Of a stretch of DNA of 45,047 bases, positions 18,463-26,019 are shown piece after piece. This DNA is from an uncultured Eubacteriales bacterium (lineage in GTDB: Bacteria > Bacillota > Clostridia > Lachnospirales > Lachnospiraceae). The notes under the pieces were generated by a model that was given only the letters and a program-made list of their open reading frames with translations, was not told the origin of the DNA and did not search any database. The translations under genes and the position numbers were made by a program. Location of the stretch: assembly GCA_900313535.1 (NCBI GenBank), contig OMRR01000158.1, positions 1 to 45,047 of the forward strand. The letters are read 5' to 3'. Each line of letters begins with the position of its first letter. The stretch's first letter is position 1.

Positions 18463-18468
18463 ATTATA
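18463..18468 (-). promoter_or_regulatory. -10 box (TATAAT) 6 nt upstream of the aminotransferase ATG; no SD
   Basis: Minus-strand sense reads ...AATCAATTATAATATTAGCATG. Confidence 0.45.
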
Positions 18469-18579
18469 ATTGATTTTTAATTGTTTTTCTACTAAAATAA
18501 GCAGTAAAGATATATATGTTATGGGAACCTTAACTCAAAAAAGGTAGGAAATTGATACTTTTTGAGATATCTAGTATTT

Positions 18580-19122
18580 ATGAAAAAGAGTGTATTTATA
18601 ATTCTAATTTGCGTATTGTTTGTAAATGCTGTCCGGGCTGATGGTTGGATTTATGATGGATATAATAATTGGCAGTATGAAGAAAATGGCGAATTGGTTA
18701 GAAATACTTGGAAAAATATTGATGGTGTGAATTATTACTTTGATACTAAGGGCAATTGGCTACCAACTAAGCCAGAGGTCAATGTTAAATTGAAAACGAG
18801 CGAAAGGGTTACCTTCATAATGGAGGGGAAGGACTATAGCAATAGAAAGTATAAAACGGAAATAAGTATACCAATGCCGATACTTAGCGGGACTAATGAA
18901 GAAGCATTAAATGAATTTATAAAAAAAGAATTTCAAAATACTATAAAGAAATATGTTGAAGAGAGAATGATTAAAAAGCTATTTCTTACTCCCAAGATAG
19001 AACTTGCAGAAATATTTGAGATATATAATGTGCACGATGTAGTGGGGATTGGATATATTGGAGATACGATATTTAATCTATACATAGACGCAAAAAAATT
19101 AGAGATGTGGGCTGATAAATAA
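18580..19122 (+). CDS. secreted protein with choline-binding-type wall repeat and DUF4163-like C-terminal domain (paralog 1)
   Basis: ATG 18580 gives the MKKSVFIILICVLFVNAVRA signal peptide. GWIYDGYNNWQYEENGELVRNTWKNIDGVNYYFDTKGNW looks like a cell-wall-binding repeat. ISIPMPILSGTNEEALNEFIKKEF resembles the RsiV/PdaC DUF4163 signature. Confidence 0.6.
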   Translation: MKKSVFIILICVLFVNAVRADGWIYDGYNNWQYEENGELVRNTWKNIDGVNYYFDTKGNWLPTKPEVNVKLKTSERVTFIMEGKDYSNRKYKTEISIPMPILSGTNEEALNEFIKKEFQNTIKKYVEERMIKKLFLTPKIELAEIFEIYNVHDVVGIGYIGDTIFNLYIDAKKLEMWADK

Positions 19123-19155
19123 AAAATGGTGAGATTGTCTCACCATTTTTATTTT
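19121..19155. terminator. bidirectional intrinsic terminator
   Basis: AAAAAATGGTGAGA, loop TTG, TCTCACCATTTTT. It lies between convergent genes. Confidence 0.85.
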
Positions 19156-20038
19156 AATAATTAATATCTATATAATCTTGTTCGACTGACAAATATCTAA
19201 AGTTTCCTTGTACCTCATTTGATTTCATTATATTTATAAATGCTTCTGGATCACAGAGTTTAACTATTTGAGTGACTCTACGTACTTCTGGCTGAGTAAC
19301 TACGGTGTACAACATACACTTTTTATTTTTTGAAAAACTTCCGACACCTTCTAATTGTGTAGATGAGTGACCAGACTTTTCTATAAGTGATGAAGAAACT
19401 TCTTCCGGTTTAGTCGTGATGATAAATATGGTTCTTGCCTCATAGTGTCGATAACAGAGATTGATTGTCTGAGTATATACATATTGGTAAATTATAGAAT
19501 AAAATGCAAAATCCCATCCGAATAAGAATCCTTGTAAAAGTATGAGAGAAATGTTAAATGCCATTACATATCCAAATGGTTTAATGTGATACTTGCTTGA
19601 AACTGATAGAGCTAAAAAATCTGTACCACCTCCAGATACTCCACATCTAAACCAGATAGAAGCACCAAAGCCACAGATAATTCCTCCGAATATTGCATTG
19701 ATAAGAAAATCTTTTGACAACTCAACTGCAGGAATGTAATCGGCTATGAATGTAAATGAAAACATAATTAAGAATGAAAACAAAGTAAATTTTTTACCAA
19801 CTACTCTATAAGAGATAAGTGCTGGGATAAAGTTACATGCTACGTTAAATACAGTTACTGGAATTAGCTTACCAGTGTTTTGATATATAAGTTTTTGTGC
19901 GAGTACACTTAAACCAGTGAAGCCACCAGGCAATACATTTGCTTGGTAGACAAACCATTTTAAACCTATAGAGTAACATAGTACGCCAAAGGTAATGAAA
20001 AATATTTTCATGCAGGCTTTTTTAAAATTTGAATTCAT
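19154..20038 (-). CDS. YitT family membrane protein (DUF2179 C-terminal domain)
   Basis: 294 aa. Five to six TM segments with GGFTGLS, and a soluble C-terminal domain, as in YitT/YpjC proteins. Confidence 0.75.
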   Translation of the reverse strand: MNSNFKKACMKIFFITFGVLCYSIGLKWFVYQANVLPGGFTGLSVLAQKLIYQNTGKLIPVTVFNVACNFIPALISYRVVGKKFTLFSFLIMFSFTFIADYIPAVELSKDFLINAIFGGIICGFGASIWFRCGVSGGGTDFLALSVSSKYHIKPFGYVMAFNISLILLQGFLFGWDFAFYSIIYQYVYTQTINLCYRHYEARTIFIITTKPEEVSSSLIEKSGHSSTQLEGVGSFSKNKKCMLYTVVTQPEVRRVTQIVKLCDPEAFINIMKSNEVQGNFRYLSVEQDYIDINY

Positions 20039-20049
20039 GATATTTAAAA

Positions 20050-20102
20050 CTCCTTTTCGGACTACTAAGGGAAGCCCTTATGAGAGCTTGCATAGTTCGC
20101 CC
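20050..20102 (-). repeat. type A plus type B GC-rich hairpin copies and SD in the folA-yitT gap
   Basis: RNA sense reads GGGCGAACUAUGCAAGCUC UCA UAAGGGCUUCCCUUAGUAGUCC GAAAAGGAG. Confidence 0.6.
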
Positions 20103-20127
20103 ATACCTTGTCATTGATTTTGCGATA

Positions 20128-20625
20128 TTATTTTTGGTATTTAATGAATTTATACTTGATGCCATCGTGCTTAAATGTATTAGATTCTTCTGTTATTTTG
20201 AAACCGTGTGATTCTAAATCTGGGAAAAATGTATCTGCATCAAACTCCTTATCTAATTTTGTAATGAGTGCAGTATCACATTTATCTATTAAGTCATTAT
20301 ATATTTTAGCACCACCAATCAAGAAAACTTTTTTATTTTTGTAATCTTCTAAAATTTTATCAAGATCATTTTCGTTTTTTACAAAAAAAATATTATCAAA
20401 ATTTGTATATTCGTTTTTTAAGTTTTCGTTATGAGTGAATACGATATTAACTCTATTTTTAAGTGGCGCCCTATCTTTGAAACTAAATAGTGTCTTCCTA
20501 CCCATTACCACTACAGAGTCTTTTGTTTGCTCTCTAAAAAACTTCATATCCTCTGGTATTGAAATAAGAAGATTGCCGTCTTTGCCTATGCCATTTTTTT
20601 TGTCAACACATGCTATAGCTATCAT
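20128..20625 (-). CDS. folA: dihydrofolate reductase
   Basis: 165 aa from ATG 20625. MIAIACVDKKNGIGKDGNLL and VVMGRKT motifs. The GTG 20652 extension in the ORF track would read through the -10 box. Confidence 0.9.
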   Translation of the reverse strand: MIAIACVDKKNGIGKDGNLLISIPEDMKFFREQTKDSVVVMGRKTLFSFKDRAPLKNRVNIVFTHNENLKNEYTNFDNIFFVKNENDLDKILEDYKNKKVFLIGGAKIYNDLIDKCDTALITKLDKEFDADTFFPDLESHGFKITEESNTFKHDGIKYKFIKYQK

Positions 20626-20631
20626 ATAAAC

Positions 20632-20640
20632 ATTATACCA
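20632..20640 (-). promoter_or_regulatory. extended -10 (TGGTATAAT) 6 nt upstream of the folA ATG; no SD
   Basis: Minus-strand sense reads TTATGGTATAATGTTTATATG. Confidence 0.5.
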
Positions 20641-20710
20641 TAAATATGCCACATTTTTGCCAAGTTTTAAAACTATTTTAATTTTACATTAAATGTTATC
20701 ATAAAGCCAA

Positions 20711-20985
20711 CACTTAAGAAAATAATCTGCGAGGGAATCAAAATCATACAAACATTCCGCATCCAGTATTTTCTTAAGTGCTAAATAAGGCCTCCTTTAA
20801 TTATATATAAATGTGAAGCCCTAAATAGGAGCATTTTGAAATACTTGTTTTTCAATAATGCGACTATTTGGGGCTTCGCGCGTGCACTCAAACTTGAAAA
20901 GCATATAGTATGTATTTTCAAGGTGCGCGAAGCTTATAAAAGCCTAAAAAAGCATCAAATTTTACCTAATGGTGCTTTTTTATTT
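20711..20985 (+). other. structured non-coding region: three long hairpins plus a terminator-like hairpin (candidate small RNA or riboregulator; strand uncertain)
   Basis: Hairpin 1 is a perfect 14-bp stem, 20711-20724 / 20767-20780. Hairpin 2 is a 14-bp stem, 20815-20828 / 20864-20877, with one G-U pair. Hairpin 3 has a 9-bp outer stem, 20873-20881 / 20925-20933, and an 8-bp inner stem, 20893-20900 / 20915-20922. The terminator-like stem is 20950-20956 / 20971-20977, followed by T6. Confidence 0.4.
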
Positions 20986-21005
20986 ATGTGAAATAATTGA
21001 AAGTG

Positions 21006-21014
21006 TGGTATAAT
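21006..21014 (+). promoter_or_regulatory. extended -10 (TGGTATAAT) promoter candidate for the A2M-pbpC operon
   Basis: It lies about 80 nt upstream of the GGAGG RBS (21084-21088) and ATG 21093. Confidence 0.45.
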
Positions 21015-21092
21015 ATTAAGGCTATGCGGCAAACCTAAAAAAGAGCTGTTTTGGGGGAGCTGAATGTATTTAATGGTAATTTTGGAGGAAGT

Positions 21093-24000
21093 ATGAAAAG
21101 AGTATTACAGTTTTTAGTAATTTTGGGTTTAGGGCTTATGCCTTTAACTTTGCTTTCTTGCCAAAATGGTACTGCAACTGAAAGTACTGTGGCAACAAAG
21201 GTAGAAACACAAACTGAAGAATCAAAGGAAGTTGAGACAAGTGAGGCAGAGCTTGAAAGTGAGAGCACTATAAAAGGAATTCATGAAGTTATTGGTTCAA
21301 TGAATGTGCTCAGCATAGGTGGTTATAGGGATACAGACAAGACAACTTATATTGAGATAGAATTTGATAAGGAGATTCAAGATAAATTTGATGGGCAACC
21401 ATATGTCAAGATAGAACCAGATGCTACATATACTGTGTCAAAAATTGACAAGAAGTTTATAGTGAGAGGCAATTTCAATACTACGCAGGCATATAAAGTT
21501 ACAGTATTAAGTGGTGTAAAGGCTATAGATGGAACTGTGACTAAAAGTAATAGTGTTGAAGAAGTATTGTTTGAACAAAAGAAACCTAAGATTGCATTTA
21601 CTAATGATGGCATCATACTTCCATCTGTAAATGAAAAGAAAGTATATATAAGAACTCTAAATGTAAAAAAGATAAATGTAGTTGTAAAAAAAGTTTATTC
21701 CAATAACTTAACTCAATTTTTACAACAGTTTAATTTTGCCGGAAATGGTTATTACTATGGGTCAATAGAGAATGTAGGTGATGAACTTTACAATGTTGAT
21801 TTTGACATAGAAAATGAAATTGATACTTGGGTACAATCTGCAATTGATTTGACTGGTGTGCTTGATGCAAATGGTGTTTACATGGTTGAGGCAAAGTTTG
21901 ATGAGAAAGGCACCTCATATAAATTCCAACATGATGATAGTGGAGATCTTTATTGGAGTGATTGGGATTATTTATATGAAAATGCCAAGGTACAAAAAAC
22001 TGTACTCCTCACAGATATTGGTATAGTTGCTGAGAAGAATGATGATGGTTTAAAGGTAAATGTTTTAGATATAGTTGAAAATAGATTGATGCGTGGTGTG
22101 AAAGTTTACCTCATGTCAAGAAACAATCAGATACTTGAAGAGAAGTCAACAGATGCTGATGGTACGGTTGATTTTGCAGATCACAAAAATAGTTTTTATA
22201 TATTAGCTGATAGTGTGCAAAGTAAGTCAATATTACCTATAAGAAATGCTTTGAGTACAAATGGTTTTGCTGTGGATGGAGCATTTGCTACAAATGGTAT
22301 AAATGGATTTATATATACTGAGAGAGGTGTGTATAGACCTGGCGATCCTATATATGTGTCTATCATTGCAAGAAACAATAATGAGGTATTGGAAGACAAG
22401 CAACCTGTAAAGATAACAGTGTATGATCCAACTGGTGTAAAGATGATAGAAAATGATGTTATCAAAAATGGCAAGAATGGATTCTACACATATACATTTA
22501 AGACAGAAGTTTCATCAAGGACAGGTATATGGAAATTAGAAGCTACTATAGGTGACCAGACATTTAAGAAAGATATATCAGTTGAAACTGTAGTTCCGAA
22601 TAGAATAAGAGTTAATATCAATATTCCAGAAGTAGTTAATTACAATGAGGAAATTAAGGACTGGAGCATAAACGCAAATTATTTATTTGGTGAGCCAGCT
22701 GGAAATCTTAAATATGGTGTAGGCTTTGATATAAGAGAAGAGCCTATAGATTTCCCAAAATATAAGGATTATACATTTAAGGCCCCATCTTCATATGGAT
22801 ATTCTGATTCAAGATACGTAAATGGAACTTTAGATGCAAATGGTTTTGCGGATGTAGTTCCTAATCTTGATAATATAAAATTTGGTTCATTAAATATGCT
22901 TGTAGATGTATCAGGTCGTGTCACTGAAGAGGGCGGACGTAGTGTAGTGTCAAGAAAATACATCAAACTTAAAAAATATGATACTTACATCGGCGTAGAA
23001 AATACAAGTACTTATAGAAAGCCAGGCTCTAAACTTGACTTAAAAGCAATTTGTGTGACAGAAGATGGAGAAAACTTAGTAGCTGGAAAAAAATTAAAAT
23101 ATAGAGTTTATGGAAATGATTATTATTGGTGGTGGGATTATTCTGACTATGATGATTTCGTTCGTTCATTTAAGAGTGATAAGAATACAAAGTTACTTTA
23201 TGAAGGAGAGTTTGTCACAAAGGATGAGCCAGTGCTTCTTGATTATGTACTTCCAAACGAAGAATATATTTATGTAGAGATTGAAGATGAAGTTACTTCA
23301 CAGATAACCGGTGTAAATATGCAATCAAGCGAGTGGGTTGATTCAAGTATCACAAAGAAGATAGAGACATTGAATGTAAGTGTTGATAAAAAGAAATATT
23401 CAGTAGGTGATGTTGCACAGGTTAAGTATAAGGGTGCAAAATCTGCGAAAGCAATAATTACAATTGAAAAAGCAGGAAAGATTCTCAATCAATTCTTTAG
23501 AGATGCAAATGACACTAATATGATAGAACAGATTGAAATCACCAAAGAGATGGCTCCTAATATCTATGTATATGTAACACTTTTGCAAGATTATAATACT
23601 AAGGAAAATGATAGACCACTTAGACTTTATGGAATTGTGCCAGTCAATGTGGAAGACGAAGATACAAAGATTGATTTACAAATAGATGCACCGGAACAAA
23701 TAAGACCAAATGAGAAATTTACTGTAAAAGTAAGGAATACAAAACTTAAACAAGTTGACTTCACTATAGCAGTAGTAGATGAAGGTTTACTTGATATTAC
23801 TGCATTTAAAACACCAACTCCATGGGATTACTTCTTCCAAAAACTTGCAGCAAAACTTGCACTTTATGATAATTATTCTGAGATAATTGATAGACCATAT
23901 GGAGCAATAAATCAGATATTGAAAGTCGGTGGTGACATGAGCCTTCTTGATGAGATGGCAAGGAGGAGAAGATTAAAAGAACTGGGGCTTGAGGAGGCAG

Positions 24001-26018
24001 ATAGATTTACACCAGTATCTATGTTTAAGGGTGTACTCACTACTGATGCACATGGTGAAGCAAGTGTAGATTTTGAGATGCCAAATTATATGGGACAGGT
24101 TCGTATAATGGTAGTGGCTGCAAATGGAAATAGCTATGGTTCTGCAGAAAAAGATATGATAGTAAAAGCACCAATTATAGTTGAGCCAAGTTTGCCTCGT
24201 ACTATGAAGATAGGTGATAAGATGAGTATACCAGTATCTGTATTTGCACTTGAAGAAGGTATAGGCAATGTAGAAGTGTATTATACATTTAAAGGAAAAA
24301 CTCAGACAAAGAATTTGACAATGAAAAAGGGAGACAAGGAGACAGTTTACTTTGAAGAAGAGGTAGGAAATGAAGTAGGAAGTGAAAAACTTACTGTAGG
24401 TGTAAAGTCAAATGTATACAATTACGAAGAGACGGTTGGCATGGCTATAAATAGTAATCAAGCGCCTATAGTAGTGAGTGAAAATAAAGAATTACAAGGA
24501 AAAGAAGAAGCAACATTTACACAGAGCAAAGAATTTGTAAAGGGCACAGTTGATAGTATGATTACTATTTCAAATACTATGGTGCTTGGACTTGATAAGA
24601 GATTAAAATACTTGATACGTTATCCATATGGTTGTGCTGAGCAGACTACTTCTTCAACTTTCCCTCAGTTATTTATAGATAAATTATCTACTACAAATAA
24701 CTATGATAAGACAAGAATAGTAAATAATGTAAATGCTGGCATATCAAGGTTAAAACTTTTCCAACTTTCTGATGGATCATTCTCATATTGGCCAGGAGAA
24801 AAAGAGACATCTAATTGGGCTACAAATTATATTGGACACTTCCTTGTATATGCAAAGAAGAATGGATACTATTTGCCTGATTCTATGTATGATAATTGGC
24901 TTGATTATACTGCTAAAAAAGTAAGGGGTACTGATTTGAAATCTGAATATGATATCACTTGGAAGAGTTATGCACTTTACCTTCTTGCATTAGCAGGCAA
25001 ACAGAATGTGAGTGAGATGAACTACATGTATCAAAATTATTTTGATAATAATAAAATGGATATGACTTCTAAAATGTATATTGCTGCAGCATATAAACTT
25101 GCTGGAGAAGAAAAAGTTGCGATGAATATCGCTACAAATATCAATGCTACTAGTGTAAAGAAGATGTTTGATGAGTTATATGCAAGAGATAAATATTATT
25201 ATAGCTACAGCTATGGTTCAAAACTTCGTGAGTTAGCAGTTTATCTTGATTGTTATCATACAATATATGGAAAGATGGACAAGGAAGCATTTGATGAGAT
25301 ATTGGGTGCTTTGAGGTCAGGCGATTGGTATTCAACTCAAACTACAGCATATTCATTAATTGCTCTTTCAAATATAGTAAGTGAAAATAAGAGGGAAGTA
25401 ATAAAGGGCGCAATTGAAATTGATGGTGTAAAGTCTGAATACACCACTGAAGGACAACATAGAGTAATAATAGATGAAAATGTAAAGACCATCAAAGTAA
25501 TACCTGATACAGATGGAATGACTTATGTGAATTATTTCTGGGAAGGTGTGGCTATTGATGAGGAAGCAAAAGAATATTCAGAAGGATTTAGTTTGGAGAG
25601 AAACTTCTATAATGAAGAAGGCAAGGCAATAAGTGCAAAAACGGTAAAATCTGGCGATGCATTCTGGTTAGAAGTGATAGCAAAACCAACAAAGAGAAAT
25701 ATTGGTAAATTAGACAATATCGCGCTTACACAGATACTTCCAAGTGGATGGGAGATAGAGAATTTGAGAGTTACAGATTCTAAAGCACCAAAGTGGGTTG
25801 AAGAGAAGAGTAAAGATACTTATGTGTCATATACAGATATTAGAGATGATAGGGTGATGTGGTTCTTCAATTATAATGGCAACAAAGAATATAAATTCTT
25901 TGTAAAGATAAATGCTGTCACAAAGGGTGAATATGATTTCCCTGGCACTACACTTGAAGCAATGTATGATTATGATTATAGAGCATTTAAAAAAGGCGAA
26001 AAAGTAAAGGTAAATTAG
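21093..26018 (+). CDS. alpha-2-macroglobulin family lipoprotein with intact thioester motif (YfhM/ECAM-like)
   Basis: 1641 aa from ATG 21093 with GGAGG RBS. Signal peptide with lipobox LTLLSC. Thioester YPYGCAEQTTSS (TGT GCT GAG CAG at 24633-24644). The size and the following pbpC gene match bacterial A2M. Confidence 0.9.
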   Translation: MKRVLQFLVILGLGLMPLTLLSCQNGTATESTVATKVETQTEESKEVETSEAELESESTIKGIHEVIGSMNVLSIGGYRDTDKTTYIEIEFDKEIQDKFDGQPYVKIEPDATYTVSKIDKKFIVRGNFNTTQAYKVTVLSGVKAIDGTVTKSNSVEEVLFEQKKPKIAFTNDGIILPSVNEKKVYIRTLNVKKINVVVKKVYSNNLTQFLQQFNFAGNGYYYGSIENVGDELYNVDFDIENEIDTWVQSAIDLTGVLDANGVYMVEAKFDEKGTSYKFQHDDSGDLYWSDWDYLYENAKVQKTVLLTDIGIVAEKNDDGLKVNVLDIVENRLMRGVKVYLMSRNNQILEEKSTDADGTVDFADHKNSFYILADSVQSKSILPIRNALSTNGFAVDGAFATNGINGFIYTERGVYRPGDPIYVSIIARNNNEVLEDKQPVKITVYDPTGVKMIENDVIKNGKNGFYTYTFKTEVSSRTGIWKLEATIGDQTFKKDISVETVVPNRIRVNINIPEVVNYNEEIKDWSINANYLFGEPAGNLKYGVGFDIREEPIDFPKYKDYTFKAPSSYGYSDSRYVNGTLDANGFADVVPNLDNIKFGSLNMLVDVSGRVTEEGGRSVVSRKYIKLKKYDTYIGVENTSTYRKPGSKLDLKAICVTEDGENLVAGKKLKYRVYGNDYYWWWDYSDYDDFVRSFKSDKNTKLLYEGEFVTKDEPVLLDYVLPNEEYIYVEIEDEVTSQITGVNMQSSEWVDSSITKKIETLNVSVDKKKYSVGDVAQVKYKGAKSAKAIITIEKAGKILNQFFRDANDTNMIEQIEITKEMAPNIYVYVTLLQDYNTKENDRPLRLYGIVPVNVEDEDTKIDLQIDAPEQIRPNEKFTVKVRNTKLKQVDFTIAVVDEGLLDITAFKTPTPWDYFFQKLAAKLALYDNYSEIIDRPYGAINQILKVGGDMSLLDEMARRRRLKELGLEEADRFTPVSMFKGVLTTDAHGEASVDFEMPNYMGQVRIMVVAANGNSYGSAEKDMIVKAPIIVEPSLPRTMKIGDKMSIPVSVFALEEGIGNVEVYYTFKGKTQTKNLTMKKGDKETVYFEEEVGNEVGSEKLTVGVKSNVYNYEETVGMAINSNQAPIVVSENKELQGKEEATFTQSKEFVKGTVDSMITISNTMVLGLDKRLKYLIRYPYGCAEQTTSSTFPQLFIDKLSTTNNYDKTRIVNNVNAGISRLKLFQLSDGSFSYWPGEKETSNWATNYIGHFLVYAKKNGYYLPDSMYDNWLDYTAKKVRGTDLKSEYDITWKSYALYLLALAGKQNVSEMNYMYQNYFDNNKMDMTSKMYIAAAYKLAGEEKVAMNIATNINATSVKKMFDELYARDKYYYSYSYGSKLRELAVYLDCYHTIYGKMDKEAFDEILGALRSGDWYSTQTTAYSLIALSNIVSENKREVIKGAIEIDGVKSEYTTEGQHRVIIDENVKTIKVIPDTDGMTYVNYFWEGVAIDEEAKEYSEGFSLERNFYNEEGKAISAKTVKSGDAFWLEVIAKPTKRNIGKLDNIALTQILPSGWEIENLRVTDSKAPKWVEEKSKDTYVSYTDIRDDRVMWFFNYNGNKEYKFFVKINAVTKGEYDFPGTTLEAMYDYDYRAFKKGEKVKVN

Positions 26019-26019
26019 T

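Noticed and set aside
20673-20762. 29-aa hydrophobic minus-strand sORF (MRNVCMILIPSQIIFLSVGFMITFNVKLK) whose ATG is buried in hairpin 1; it looks like a possible type I toxin.
   Set aside because: There is no SD at functional spacing: the nearest AAAGGAGG is 28 nt upstream. There is no supporting promoter or antisense evidence. It is kept only as an alternative reading of the structured region.
20711-20780. Possible THF (folate) riboswitch near folA, because of the GCGAGGGAAUC and UUCCGCAUCC strings.
   Set aside because: The similarity is on the plus strand, pointing away from folA. The conserved THF-I elements (AGAGUAG, CGCGUUAAG, pseudoknot partners) are absent. folA has its own promoter adjacent to the ATG.
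20793-20822. dif-like sequence (CCTCCTTTAAT TATATA TAAATGTGAAG) resembling a Xer recombination site.
   Set aside because: The match to the Firmicute dif consensus (ACTTCCTAGAA TATATA TTATGTAAACT) recalled from memory is only partial. The XerD arm is poorly matched, and AT-rich palindromes like this arise easily by chance.
20836-20991. 51-codon plus-strand ORF (TTG start, AGGAG 4 nt upstream) spanning hairpins 2 and 3 of the structured gap.
   Set aside because: The SD spacing is too short and the start is TTG. The stop codon lies after the terminator T-tract, so a terminated transcript would lack it. The peptide has no recognisable features. The GC-rich paired arms argue for RNA structure rather than coding.
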